This document shows positions 43,331 through 61,760 of a DNA stretch of 64,000 bases, one piece after another. Numbering within the stretch: the first letter of the stretch is position 1; each line of letters starts with the position of its first letter. The stretch lies in assembly GCF_009914755.1 (NCBI RefSeq), contig NC_060926.1. The stretch is one strand, 5' to 3'. This stretch comes from the human T2T-CHM13v2.0 reference genome, Homo sapiens. Both the position numbers and the translations under genes were made by a program. The notes under the pieces are model-generated. The model saw nothing but the letters and a program-made list of their open reading frames with translations. It did no database searches and had not been told where the DNA came from.

Positions 43331-44108
43331 CCCAATTAAAAAAAGTTTCATAAAAGCCTCATTTGTACATTCAAAAAAAAAAAAAAACCAAACATATATT
43401 AGGTACCGACCATGTATTAAGCATTTTGCTAAGCTCTAGGGATGAGCAACTGAAAAAGATGAGGTCCAAAAACTGTTTCTTTCTTTCTGGAACTCATATG
43501 CTTTTGGAGCAGTCAGATGTGAACCCAGACAATTAGAATTCTGTCTGTCCTGCACACAAGCATTTGTTGCTTTAAGAGCATGTGGCAGGGAGTGGGAGCT
43601 TCCAGCTTTGCCCTGGCATCTTCAAGAATGGCCTTAGGAAAGAGGTCATGCTTCAGCAGAGGTGTGGGTGGAAGTAGTAAGGTGGGGAGGTAGGTTGGGA
43701 TGAAGAGGAAAGAGGCTGTATACAACCGTGTATGGAGGAATGTGCAGTGGTCAGAAGAGTCCAAGTGTTCAGGATGACTGAGACTAAAAAGAACATGATG
43801 ACAGCAGCAGAGAGAGATGAGACTGGATAGGTTGCAAGAACTAGATCAAGGAGAGCCCTTCTGCCATGATTAGGTTTAGATTTCTTCCACTGGTGGTATA
43901 GAGAATCTCTGAATTAGTTAAGCAGGAAATTGATGGGTGTGGTTTTCAGTTCAAATGAGTCTGTATCTTAGAGGGAATGATCCAGTTAGAAACTATTTGA
44001 GGACCTTTTTGCTACCATCGAAGTTTATGATAATATCTAAAAACCACCATCTAGCCCCTGTTAGACATTCCTATCACTCTGTGCATAGTTGTAAGAACAG
44101 AAAATGGA

Positions 44109-44485
<377 letters not shown>

Positions 44486-45976
44486 CTATCAGATTATAAA
44501 AATGAAACTTGTGATGTTGTCTTACAAATTTTTAATATTTAGTATTTCTGAAGAGCCATTTGAAACCAATCAGTATTTGGGATTGTGTACCCACCAGAGG
44601 CCAGGAGTCCTCTAAAACTAGTTTTCCCTGGGTGTTTTTGTGTTACATGGAGATTTAAAGGTCACAGTCCACCTGGCCTTTTTAGCATGTTAAAAGAAAA
44701 AAAAAAGGCATCAGGAGCCTGTTTTCCTGCCTAAGGGTTTTCCAGTTGAGGTATCTAGAAAGATCTGAGGCTGAGCTTCTTAAATGTCCATCTCTCCCAC
44801 AGCTACACAGGCTATTATGTATGCTTTGGGATGGTTAATTTCCAACTCATAGTGATTTTGACACCTTGTGCTGCATCCAGTCTCGCCTACCTATATGCTG
44901 TCAGTGACAGTTTGCTACTCAGAAGAGAGGACTAAAAGGGATCCGTGCCCTTTAAAAGAAATAAAAGACCAGCATAGAAAATAGAGGCCTTGGCTGTGGC
45001 AGCAGAGTTAGGGGGGAGCCATGGGAAAGTAATGATCCATGGAGGGTGGGAATAAAAAGGAGTTGTAGTCGGGCCTTGCAGATTTTTGTTTATAGTAGTG
45101 GTTCCCAAACATTGTCCACCCAGAATTTATTCCTTTTGGCATTTGCTGGAATTTTATAGACCCTATTTCATTTTATTGCCCAGTGTGTTTCTTCTTTCAT
45201 GTCCCATGGGGAACGTTTCTCTGCTTTTGTGTGAGTCCTAGAAGGTCTCCATGCCCTTCTTTAGCTTGCATTCTTCCTCTGTTCTTCCATTCCTAACTCC
45301 ACCCGAAACTGCCACATTATATTTTTCTTTTCCAGCACATTATGTCTCTCTCCCCCTCTGAAGCCTTCTGTTCAAAATAGCTGCTTATCTTTAGAAAATA
45401 GGAAAGGAAGTTTTATTTAATAACTAATATTAAGATATTTAGATAACAGTTGAAAGCAAAATTAGTTACAATCTGTACTTAATACAGTGGGTAAAAGCTC
45501 CAGATGGAATGAGTTGAATAATTAAGCAAGAAAGAGAAGAAAATAAAATACCAGCATGAAATAGATTACTTATCAGATACTTGGAGGGGTAATAGCTTTT
45601 TAAGAATTGAAACCATAGAACATATAATAGAGAATAGCACTTATAAACTTAATTATAGAAAAGCAGCAAACAAAATTTGTATAATCCAGACAAACTAAAA
45701 TAAACAGGAAATAGATTGACAAAGATGTTTTCATCAATAAGACAAATAGAATCTTAAAGTTTATGATCCATAAAAACCAACACGAGAGTAATTTAAAAAT
45801 CATTAACATTCTAAGAGATAGGTAAAATATATGGATAACAAGATAGTTCAAACAAGGAGAAATAAAAGCAGTAAACAGATATGTGGGGAAATGTTCAAAA
45901 TCTTTAGTAAAGACATGCAAAATCAGCATTGTGGTAATATAATCAGATAGTAAGAAAAATATTCACAGCTCAGAAG

Positions 45977-46477
45977 TTACCTTGAAACTAGTAAATTGGT
46001 AAAAATATTTAGAAATAAAATCCAGGGGAAGCAGCCAAGATGGCCGAATAGGAACAGCTCTGGTCCACAGCTCCCAGCGTGAGTGATGCAGAAGACGGGT
46101 GATTTCTGCATTTCCATCTGAGGTACCGGGTTCATCTCACTAGGGAGTGCCAGACAGTGGGCGCAGGACAGTGGGTGCAGTGCACCGTGCTCGAGCCGAA
46201 GCAGGGCGAGGCATTGCCTCACTCGGGAAGCGCAAGGGGTCAGGGAGTTCCCTTTCCTAGTCAAAGAAAGGGGTGACAGACGGCACCTGGAAAATCGGGT
46301 CACTCCCACCCTAATACTGCGCTTTTCCGACGGGCTTAAAAAACGGCGCACCACGAGATTATATCCCGCACCTGGCTCAGAGGGTCCTACGCCCATAGAG
46401 TCTCGCTGATTGCTAGCACAGCAGTCTGAGATCAAACTGCAAGGCCGCGGCCAGGCTGGGGGAGGGGCGCCCGCCAT
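45977..46477 (-). CDS. L1 antisense ORF0-like frame, extended to 166 aa
   Basis: Begins MAGAPPPAWPRPCSLISDCCASNQRDSMGVGPSEPG (ORF0 N-terminus) and stays open through the L1 5' end into the flank. Expression unknown. Confidence 0.45.
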   Translation of the reverse strand: MAGAPPPAWPRPCSLISDCCASNQRDSMGVGPSEPGAGYNLVVRRFLSPSEKRSIRVGVTRFSRCRLSPLSLTRKGNSLTPCASRVRQCLALLRLEHGALHPLSCAHCLALPSEMNPVPQMEMQKSPVFCITHAGSCGPELFLFGHLGCFPWILFLNIFTNLLVSR

Positions 46478-47064
46478 TGCCCAGGCTTGCTTAGGTAAAC
46501 ACAGCAGCCTGGAAGCTCGAACTGGGTGGAGCCCACCACAGCTCAAGGAGGCCTGCCTGCCTGCCTCTGTAGGCTCCACCTCTGGGGGCAGGGCACAGAC
46601 AAACAAAAAGACAGCAGTAACCTCTGCAGACTTAAATGTCCCTGTCTGACAGCTTTGAAGAGAGCAGTGGTTCTCCCAGCATGCAGCTGGAGATCTGAGA
46701 AGGGGCAGACTGCCTCCTCAAGTGGGTCCCTGACCCCTGACCCCCGAGCAGCCTAACTGGGAGGCACCCCCCAGTAGGGGCAGACTGACACCTCACACGG
46801 CCGGGTACTCCTCTGAGACAAAACTTCCAGAGGAACGATCAGACAGCAGCATTCGCGGTTCACGAAAATCTGCTGTTCTACAGCCACCGCTGCTGGTACC
46901 CAGGCAAACAGGGTCTGGAGTGGACCTCTAGCAAACTCCAACAGACCTGCAGCTGAGGGTCCTGTCTGCTACAAGGAAAACTAACAAACAGAAAGGACAT
47001 CCACACCAAAAACCCATCTGTACATCACCATCATCAAAGACCAAAAGTAGATAAAACCACAAAG

Positions 47065-48077
47065 ATGGGGAAAAAACAGAGCAGAAAAACTGGAAACTCT
47101 AAAAAGCAGAGCACCTCTCCTCCAAAGGAACGCAGTTCCTCACCAGCAACGGAACAAAGCTGGACGGAGAATGACTTTGACGAGTTGAGAGAAGAAGGCT
47201 TCAGACGATCAAACTACTCCGAGCTACAGGAGGAAATTGAAACCAAAGGCCAAGAAGTTGAAAACTTTGAAAAAAATTTAGACGAATGTATAACTAGAAT
47301 AACCAATACAGAGAAGTGCTTAAAGGAGCTGATGGAGCTGAAAGCCAAGGCTCAAGAACTACGTGAAGAATGCAGAAGCCTCAGGAGCCGATGCGATCAA
47401 CTGGAAGAAAGGGTATCAGTGATGGAAGATGAAATGAACGAAATGAAGCGAGAAGGGAAGTTTAGAGAAAAAGAATAAAAAGAAACGAACAAAGCCTCCA
47501 AGAAATATGGGACTATGTGAAAAGACCAAATCTACGTCTGATTGGTGTACCTGAAAGTGACGGGGAGAATGGAACCAAGTTGGAAAACACTCTGCAGGAT
47601 ATTATCCAGGAGAACTTCCCCAATCTAGCAAGGCAGGCCAACATTCAGATTCAGGAAATACAGAGAACGCCACAAAGATACTCCTTGAGAAGAGCAACTC
47701 CAAGACACATAATTGTCAGATTCACCAAAGTTGAAATGAAGGAACAAATGTTAAGGGCAGCCAGAGAGAAAGGTCGGGTTACCCACAAAGGGAAGCCCAT
47801 CAGACTAACAGCGGATCTCTCGGCAGAAACTCTACAAGCCAGAAGAGAGTGGGGGCCAATATTCAACATTCTTAAAAAAAAGAATTTTCAACCCAGAATT
47901 TCATATCCAGCCAAACTAAGCTTCGGAAGTGAAGGAGAAATAAAATACTTTACAGACAAGCAAATGCTGAGAGATTTTGTCACCACCAGGCCTGCCCTAA
48001 AAGAGCTCCTGAAGGAAGCACTAAACATGGAAAGGAACAACCAGTACCAGTCACTGCAAAATCATGCCAAATTGTAA
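47065..48077 (+). pseudogene. L1 ORF1p, frameshifted near 47470
   Basis: MGKKQSRKTGNSK...KFREKE* then resumes in another frame (KRPNLRLIGVPE...QNHAKL*). Confidence 0.93.
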
Positions 48078-48140
48078 AGACCATCGAGGCTAGGAAGAAA
48101 CTGCATCAACTAACGAGCAAAATAACCAGCTAACATCAAA

Positions 48141-51967
<3,827 letters not shown>

Positions 51968-52233
51968 AGAACCCATGGACACAGGAAGGGGAACATCACA
52001 CTCTGGGGACTGTTGTGGGGTGGGGGGAGGCGGGAGGGATAGCATTAGGAGATATACCTAATGCTAAATGACGAGTTAATGGGTGCAGCACACCAGCATG
52101 GCACATGTATACATACGTAACTAACCTGCACATTGTGCACATGTACCCTAAAGCTTAAAGTATAATAATAATAAAATAAAAAAATAGAAAATAAATAAAA
52201 AGAAATAAAATCCAATTTTGACATGTTAATTAA

Positions 52234-52535
52234 TTAATCTATTTATTTATTTTCTGAGATGGAGTCTCGCTCTGTCGCGCAGGCTGGAGTGCAGTGGTGG
52301 GATCTCTGTTCACTGCAAGCTCCGCCTCCCGGTTCATGCCATTCTCCTGCCTCAGCCTTCTGAGTAGCTGGGACTACAGGCGCCCGCCACCACGCCCGGC
52401 TAATTTTTTGTATTTTTAGTAGATACGGGGTTTCACCATGTTGGCCAGGATGGTCTCGATCTCCTGACTTCGTCATCTGCCTGCCTCAGCCTCCCAAAGT
52501 GCTGAGATTACAGTCGTGAGCCACCATGCCTGGCT
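52234..52535 (-). mobile_element. AluY/Sc-type SINE, tail-to-tail with the L1
   Basis: Antisense dimer; TSD core acatgttaatt. Confidence 0.93.
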
Positions 52536-52701
52536 GACAACATGTTAATTTAATATATTAATATAGTGCTATTGACGTTATTGATTGACATATTCTTTTT
52601 GGAAATTCATCTGTTGATATACTCAGAAATTCAACAGCCCAGCACTAGATTCTAGAGAAAGTGGTGAACGAAATAATCTACAGTATAGTGCACGACCTGA
52701 C

Positions 52702-52826
52702 CAGCTTCCCAAGATGTGGAGATGGCAGGCATGAGCAGGCTTGAGCCACTGTGCTTAACCATCCCAAAGCTGTTATGTATGCTTTGGGATGGTTAATTTT
52801 CAAGTCATAGTGATTTCGACACCTTG
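52702..52826. repeat. Complex templated insertion copied from 44114-44157 (inverted) and 44811-44868 (inverted and direct); contains a 16-bp-arm palindrome
   Basis: 35/35, 20/21, 16/16 and 54/58 identities to the donors, counted by hand. Confidence 0.92.
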
Positions 52827-52914
52827 CACATCCCTTTTGTTGCTGATATGCTGGTTTGCTTTCCCTTTTATATGTTCTTCTCATTGCGCCCTGCCATCAT
52901 AATTACGAAGTTGA

Positions 52915-53165
52915 TGAGGATGGCTAACGTTTGCTGAGTGCCTGCTATGTGCTGAGTTCTGTGTACTGTGAATATATGAATTCATTCAGGTCACACAACA
53001 GCCATATGAGCTGGATACAATTATTTTTCTCATTTTACAGGTGAAGAAGTGGGGTAGAAAAACATTAAATAACTTACCCAATGTCCTGCCAGTAAGAAAT
53101 AATTTAGTTGGGATTCAAACTCCTGGAGGTCTGATTCCAGGCTGTTGCTCTTAATGTCTATGCTC
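52915..53165 (-). mobile_element. MIR
   Basis: gctaacgtttgctgagtgcctgctatgtgc...ctcattttacaggtgaagaa...taaataacttacccaa...gggattcaaact. Confidence 0.65.
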
Positions 53166-53242
53166 TGTATTCTCCCCATGGTGAGACAGTTACATTAGTG
53201 TAATCGACTCATGTTATATTTTCTTGTTCGCTATATCTCCTA

Positions 53243-53770
<528 letters not shown>

Positions 53771-54869
53771 CTACTAAAATCAATCATTAAGGCTCTGTAG
53801 CAATACATGGTGCATACCTGTATGAAGGCTGTGTAGTAAGAAAAGAATGCAAATGTAAACTGTAGTGGTTAAACTGTAATCTGAACACTCATCTAGGCTT
53901 TACAAATTTGTGGGCATAGATAATGTAATGATCAAATCACATTACGCTAGCCAAAAGCCCTTGCTTGCTTACCTGCACCCCTCTGTACCCCCTGCAAGTG
54001 TTTCTGATGATCCCCAAGGGCTGCTCCCCAGCCTGCTGAATTACAGGGATGGAAAGGAACCTGTGGATTGTGTCCCTCAGCCACCTCATTTTTGCAGATG
54101 GAGACACTGTAGTCTACATAGTGATTTTGAAGTCTTTTAAGATTGTTGCCGAAGGAGGCCTCAATCTCAAGGTGTTTGGTGTTTCTGCAGCCAACAAATG
54201 TTGCTGCGTTTTTCCTAAGGGGGACAGAGCCTTGAGGTTTAGGAATCATTAGGAGAGAGCGACAATGACAGCATCTGTGATGAAGAATGTGAAGTGGAAT
54301 TTTATGACATGCCTAATATATGGAGCTCCTTAGGTTATGCAAGGTATAAAACTAGATCAAAATAGATAGCGCACAGCAATGGCGAGGTTGATGATAAATG
54401 AACAGGAAGCTATAAACAAAGTTGAGATGATGAATGGCCTCATCTCATCTGGTGTGTGTGATAGCGCTTCGTATCTCCTGGGTTATAAACAGAACATGTT
54501 ATTGAAGCATTTACTAATGCCCACCAGCATTAAAAATTTGTGGTATTTTTGGAATTGTTGTTTGCATTGAGGTTGATCTTTTCTACTTGTTGAAATCTGC
54601 ATTTACTTTAACATTAGCTTGATATACCTGGTATTTGATAGGTGGCGATGGAATGAAAATGGTCTTATTAATTTTCAAAGCAGGTAACAAAAAGAGTAAT
54701 GTCCTATTTGCTTGAATGAACTAAACCAATGGTTAAAATAGTCTTTAAAGTCAGTGATGCTTGAATGGTATCTCACCACCATGTTGGTTTGTTGATGATA
54801 ATAGTCTTGGTAGATCCTGTGGAGGAACTTCCTTGTAATGATGTCTGTCCACCCCCAACATTTTTGTAG

Positions 54870-55097
<228 letters not shown>

Positions 55098-55102
55098 TAG
55101 AG

Positions 55103-55319
55103 CAAGCTTGTCCAACCCCAGCCCATGGGGTGCATGTGGCTCAGGATGGCTTTGAATGCGGCCCAACACAAATTTGCAAACTTTTTTAAAACATGAGATC
55201 TTTCTGTGATTTTTTTTAAAGCTCATCAGCTATCATAAGTGTTAGTGTATTTAATGTGTGACTCATGACAGTTCTTCTTCCAGTGTAGCTCAGGGAAGCC
55301 AAAAGATTGGAAACCCCTC
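55103..55319 (-). mobile_element. MER30 (hAT-Charlie MITE)
   Basis: caagcttgtccaacc...gggaagccaaaagattggaaacccctc; 8-bp TSD gtctagag/atctagag. Confidence 0.85.
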
Positions 55320-56465
55320 ATCTAGAGTTTAAAACTAATGGTTACTATGAATATTCGTGAAGTCTTTTAGTTCTTGTGATATATAAAATAGAAAACACCT
55401 TCATTATAAAAGAATGAAACGATAATGTATTTTTACATCTGATGTCAAATAAATGCATATATTCTTAAAAAAAAAACCAAAGAGATGCTCACTGATGGGG
55501 AGTGTTGGGTGCATCTTTAACTTTTTTAAAGCATTTTCTCTTTGGAACTCTGTTGTGTCTTTTGCATGTACTATGGAGAATACTAGTCTCTTCTCTCATA
55601 TGTAAAAGAAAATCCCTGTACCTTCATAATGATTATATATTTAGTGAGTTTTAAGTTAAAACTTTTAGAAATTTAATTAGAATCTGGCTAATGGGTTATT
55701 TAAAAATGTAAAATAAGGTTTAAAAACCCAAAGCCAAGTGTCCAGTGCACATTGAAAGCGTATCCAATAGAAGATCCTGTAGCTATCCTTGTTTTTCCCC
55801 GGTTCTGTGTCCTGTGATTCAGATCTGCCTGGGTCCTAAGTTTTAATCTATCATTTATATTCTTTGTGTTTAACTCTGTCTACTTTTACAGACTGCCTTA
55901 TATCCTTATGGAAATGAACAGGAATCGGGCCTGTGTCTGTATCTGAAACCCAGCTTGTCTCCCTTTCTCCCTGCCTCTTACACTCCAGCCACATCAGCTC
56001 CCTCTCAGTTTTGGAGCCTTTCTAAAACACCTCACCTCAAGGTCTTCACTCATGTTATTTGTTCTTCTGTAAACACTCTTCTGCCAACTTTTCATCTTGC
56101 TGTATTCTTCCCCCTTTAGGTTCAGCTTAAATCTCACTTCCTTGGACAGGTTGTTCTGGATCACCCTAACTCTGGTTTTTTGATGGAGTCCGAGTCAGTA
56201 TAAGTTAACAGACAGATAATCAAGAATTGAAGATAGGCAGTTTTAGAACACAACAACTGTAAATCTCCACATTCCATAGGGACAAAACCAGTCCACATTC
56301 TTCTTTCTTGGTCATGTGTAGGACTAGGCCTTCCTGGTTCCTCTGTTCTAGCTTTAGAAGAAGGTAACTGTCTTCTTGGAGTCCAGCCTTTCTTTTTTCC
56401 CCTTGGTGATGCATACCGAATGAAAAGGCAAGCATATAGGTTTGGTTTTGTGTAGCGTGGCATAG

Positions 56466-56767
<302 letters not shown>

Positions 56768-58391
56768 AAGTAGCATAGGTTCTTAAAGTGAGCAATGGTT
56801 TGCTGTAGCATGTAATTATTATATAACATATTTGTTATCCTAAAGCAGAATGGGGGGAGAAATAATGTGGTAACTTAACTTTCTAAAAATATTGCTACCC
56901 ATCACCAACCAGCCCTGCAAGGGATATCAACAAAAATGCTGAAGGCCTTTAAGGGAATATTATTCTAATCAGAGACAAGTGGGAAAGTCAAATCAAAATC
57001 ATGTGTGTGTCTGTTCTGCAAAAGGACAGATACGGGTTTTCCTTCAGATGGAGGTTTGTTTTCCCTGCTCTGCCTTTGCCACGATAACTTGAAATGGTCT
57101 GTCTGCTGGCACAGAAAGCCAGGGAGCGGGTGGAGTGGCCAGGACCCTGCTGCAGGAAGGTCAAGAACATTCTTAGAGTGCCTTTTGGGAACCAGCAGCC
57201 GAAGTATTTTTATAGTCAGCTAAGATAACAGGAAAGAAAGAGGCAGGGTCTGCCTTTTTATGGTATAAATTTTTAGAAAATTCAGTTTGCCCGCATTTAT
57301 ATACAAGTCATGAATATTTGTTCATCTAAACAAGGTTCCAATTCGTGGCACAGAATGTGAATATTATTCTGTCAGCCCAATTACTTGAGTACTGCAAGTT
57401 GTTTTACAGACCAAAGTGAATGGTGGAATACAACTGAAACGCCTGACTTATTTAAAACCTCCAGCTTGTTGTTCTTCCAGCATGGATCCTTTTGCTCATT
57501 TTGACCTTTTACAGTTGTACCGTGAGATACTTTGAGTGACCGTCACAAAATTACACTTTCTGGAGTAACAGGCTGAAGGCCTACCTCTTGTTAATTGCAG
57601 TAGTTCCCAGGTGACTCTCTGATGCAATATAGTGAATTATGGTGATGACCAGCAAAGTATCAAGCTAACAAGGTTATGGAATGTCTCAGCCAGCATTCTG
57701 CAGTTCACCTTCCTGTAATATTTTCTAAAATATATGCCCCATGGCTAGCCTTGTAACCAGCGTACCACAAGCATCTCAAGTCAACCTTAACAATAACGTA
57801 CTCTTTTCCTCTTGATGTTCTGAGGTTTTATAGAACTTGGGAAGCACAGATGATACATCACTAGATGATGTTTTGAGAGTGGCATGAACTTTTGAAACAG
57901 AAGGAAACTATTCATAGTTGAATCCTAAAGTTTGTAGGTGTATTTTCAATTTGTTTCTGTGATGTAACTGACTATTAGGTATAAAAAGACTGCCTGCCAC
58001 AAAGGGTTCAATACATACTTATTGAGCTGAGACAAAGAGCTTTATATTGTCATTTAGATTTTAGAAATGCTAGAACTGGAGAATAGATATTTTATTTATT
58101 ATTCATAAAGGGTTATAAATACTGGACTTTTATTGGTTGAAATAAGTCAAGCAGAAACCATTTCCTTTATAACCAGAGAGACACAGGGTTGTTGGAGTTT
58201 AGGGATTATTGCTGTATCCACGTATGCTGGTATAGTCCTTGAAACAACTGTGTGGAGGTTATCTCAGGGGGTTAGAGGTAGATTTAAATGAAACTAAGTT
58301 CATGATAGAGTTCAAAGTCTACTGCTGATATTGGGAATACCTTGTAAAAGTCAATTGGTTACTGTTTCTTTGTTTAAAAAAAGGTGGTGTT

Positions 58392-58834
<443 letters not shown>

Positions 58835-59384
58835 TCAATTTAAAAATGATGAGTTCTATGACCTTAAGAAATTTTTGCCAAAGCATTAAAAATGTTTTAG
58901 TGTAGGTTATTAATATATAGGGAAATGAAAAAAATAGTACAGCTAATATTTATTTAGTACTTGATAATTTAAAATGTTAGAAACATTGAGAGTTAAATGT
59001 TTCATTTCTTTGAGTAAAACTTGGGAATAATTTCAACATGTTTGCTTTTCATTGTATAACTGATGATATAGAGTATTTCTTTTCTTTTGTGTACTGTCGT
59101 ACTCCTTTTTGAGTTTGTACAAAACGTTGGAAGCTGATCCAAAGTTGTGAAATACCTGAGAGTTACTTTAATGTTAATTCCTTTGGGAATCTTCATCCTG
59201 TTCATTACAGCCACCTTCCAATTTCACTTCCAGTGTTGTCACTTTGTATTTCTTTGCTATACTTTCTTTTTTGTTGGCTCATACTGTCTTTCGATTATCC
59301 ACTTTTGTAAAATGTCCTGTGATTTTTATCCCTCTGAGATGAGGAGATGGCAGAACTACCTGCTTTGCTGTTTGTTCCTGAACT

Positions 59385-59653
59385 GAATACCAGATGTGCA
59401 GGGACCAATCACCGACAGGCTTTCAGAGAAGTGACATGATTGGTCATTGGTCGTGATACACATCTGTTATTCACATCATGATTTGCGAACCAAAGAGCTA
59501 GCAGTGAAGTTTGTATTTGATGCAGTTACTCAGTTAATATACCTTGGTAAGTGAAGTCTGAACCACGTTGTCGGGGGACTGGTATTATTTAACAAAACTA
59601 CGGTAACGGAAATTCATGCGTATTGGAACCATACCAAGTGAGGAGTGCCTGTA
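59385..59653. mobile_element. Probable TcMar-Tigger family relic
   Basis: Ends ...ggagtgcctg|TA; internal motifs resemble recalled Tigger MITEs. Confidence 0.4.
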
Positions 59654-60769
59654 TTCCAGTTATAAATTCTTTGTAGTACATTTAAAGCTGGGCCTAGCTC
59701 CCTTTGCTTTACCCATTACACACTGAGCCTGTCCAGTGTAGCCAAACTGTGGTGCAGAAAATCAAATCAGAGTTGAACTGAGAGTTTCAAAGTCATTGAT
59801 TCAACCTTGGAGTCAGCTTTGACTTTCTCTTTTCTTACCCAAGACCTCACAGAGTAGTTTGGGCACTAATGAAGGTATTTTTCAGACCCCATCCAGCATG
59901 GGGAGTTTTGACTTGATCTGCAGCCTACGCCCTGAAGAAAGTTTCTGGGTTGTCACCTTTGTAATTTTTCCAACTCTCTCCTCCCTCCTCCACTTTCTCC
60001 CCTCTTCCTTGGCCTGCTCTTTTCCTCCTGTGTCCCATCATCAAGTTCCACTGATTTTCCCTCCAGCCTTACGTTACTGCATGTTTCTTTCAGTTCCTGT
60101 TGCCATCATCCTAATTATATGTTTTTCAACTTGAATTTCAATTGCTATAATAGTTTCCTCACTGACTTTCCCACTCTACTCTCTCTCCTTTCCAGCTAAT
60201 CCCGCATGCCATCACTGGAGTAATCTTCCTGGAACACTCTTGCAGCTTTACTTAATCCTCTGCTTGAAGCCTCCAAAATAACTTACTGATAACAGAATAA
60301 AACCCAAAGCCCTTATCAAGCCTGTAATAACTTTCTTTGTCTAACACAAGCCTCCTTCTTCGAATTTATCACCTGATCTCTTCCCTTCCCTCTAGAACCT
60401 GAGGTTTCAGCAACATAGGTTTACTCATTATCTCCCAAATATGCCCACCACCTCTCCTTTCTATGCATTGTCTTCCTAAAATGCACTTTCTGATGTTGTC
60501 TGAATCTTGACCAGTTTCAAAAACTTATCCTAAATGATCTCTGCTGTGAAGTCTATTTTAACTTCCTAGAAATGTCTTTTCTCCTCTGCAGTTCCAAAGG
60601 ATTTATATTTCATACTTTCCAGTTACCGCTTATTTGCTGATCTGTGTTTTTAGTTATGTGTTATTTAATTTCTCCATTTAGCTTTTAAGTCCTAGATGGG
60701 CAGGGACTGAATCTTCTATACCATGAGGAATGGCATTTGACAGAGTGATAGGTATAAATCTGTCCCTTC

Positions 60770-61760
60770 CCTCATTCAGTATTTTCTGTTTTTTTTTTTT
60801 TTTTAGCATTTCTTCTAGACATTGGGCTATGTGCTAGCAGTAAAACATAACAAGGTAACTTCCTGACCTCACAGAGCTCTGGTTGAGTGAGGCATACAGA
60901 GAAGTAGTCAGTCAGTTGTAATGCCATAAGATGCATGGAATGATGGATAGTGAATCAGATTTGTGGCAGCAAGAAGGTAAGTGTCAAGCCTAGATGAGGG
61001 GCAATGGGAATGCTTCTAGAAGTGAGGTTCAGGCAGAGTCTGAAAGATATGTAGGAATCAGGTAGTTGACGGAGGCCAGATGGAAAGAATGTTCCAGGCA
61101 GAGGACTCAGTGTGGATAAAGCTCTGGAAGGGTGAGAGCACACTGAGGAACTGAATTAAGTTCCATGTAGCTGTATTGTAGAGAATGAGGTAAGATTGCT
61201 AAGTGTGATGAGATTGCAGAGGATCCCTGTAATGGGCAAAAAGTTGACATCTTTGGTGAATGTTCAGGAGGGAGGACTTCCAGGACCAGATGTTTGAGTA
61301 GATAAAATGAGGGGGCAGCACCCAGGTGTTTCTTAAAGATCGCTTGGTGGATGGAGGTATTGGAGGGAAGACGATGAGTTCAATTTTGAATTTGAGGTGC
61401 CTATGAAATATGTATATGGTGACACATAGTTGTAGACAATTTGAAGCTCGGAAGAAAGCTTTGACCAGAAAATAAAAATTTGGGTGACATCAGTGTATGA
61501 TAGGATGAAATCATAGAGAAAGAGTGTGTAGAGTCAGTGAAGAAGACTTCAAGACCAAACCTTAACACACATCAGTATATAAAGAACAAGTAAAGAGAGC
61601 AGAGTCTGCAAAGAATGTTAAGATGGATCAGGCAGGAGGAAGGAGCAAAATAGGTGAGTGAGGTGTCATGGAAACCAAGGGAAGACTGAAATCCATCCAT
61701 TGGGTTTAGAAATGTGGAAACCATTCATGACCCTAGCAAGAATAGTTTCTGTGTAGAGGA
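60770..61760 (-). mobile_element. L2 fragments
   Basis: L2-like motifs (ctgacctcacagagctc, aagaatgttccaggcagagg, gatgagttcaattttg, tttgggtgacatcagt). Confidence 0.55.

Noticed and set aside
52827-52862. Further patchwork pieces (catcc, atatgctg, gtttgct also occur in order after 44868)
   Set aside because: The matches are 5-8 bp and cannot be separated from chance by eye, so they are excluded from the call.
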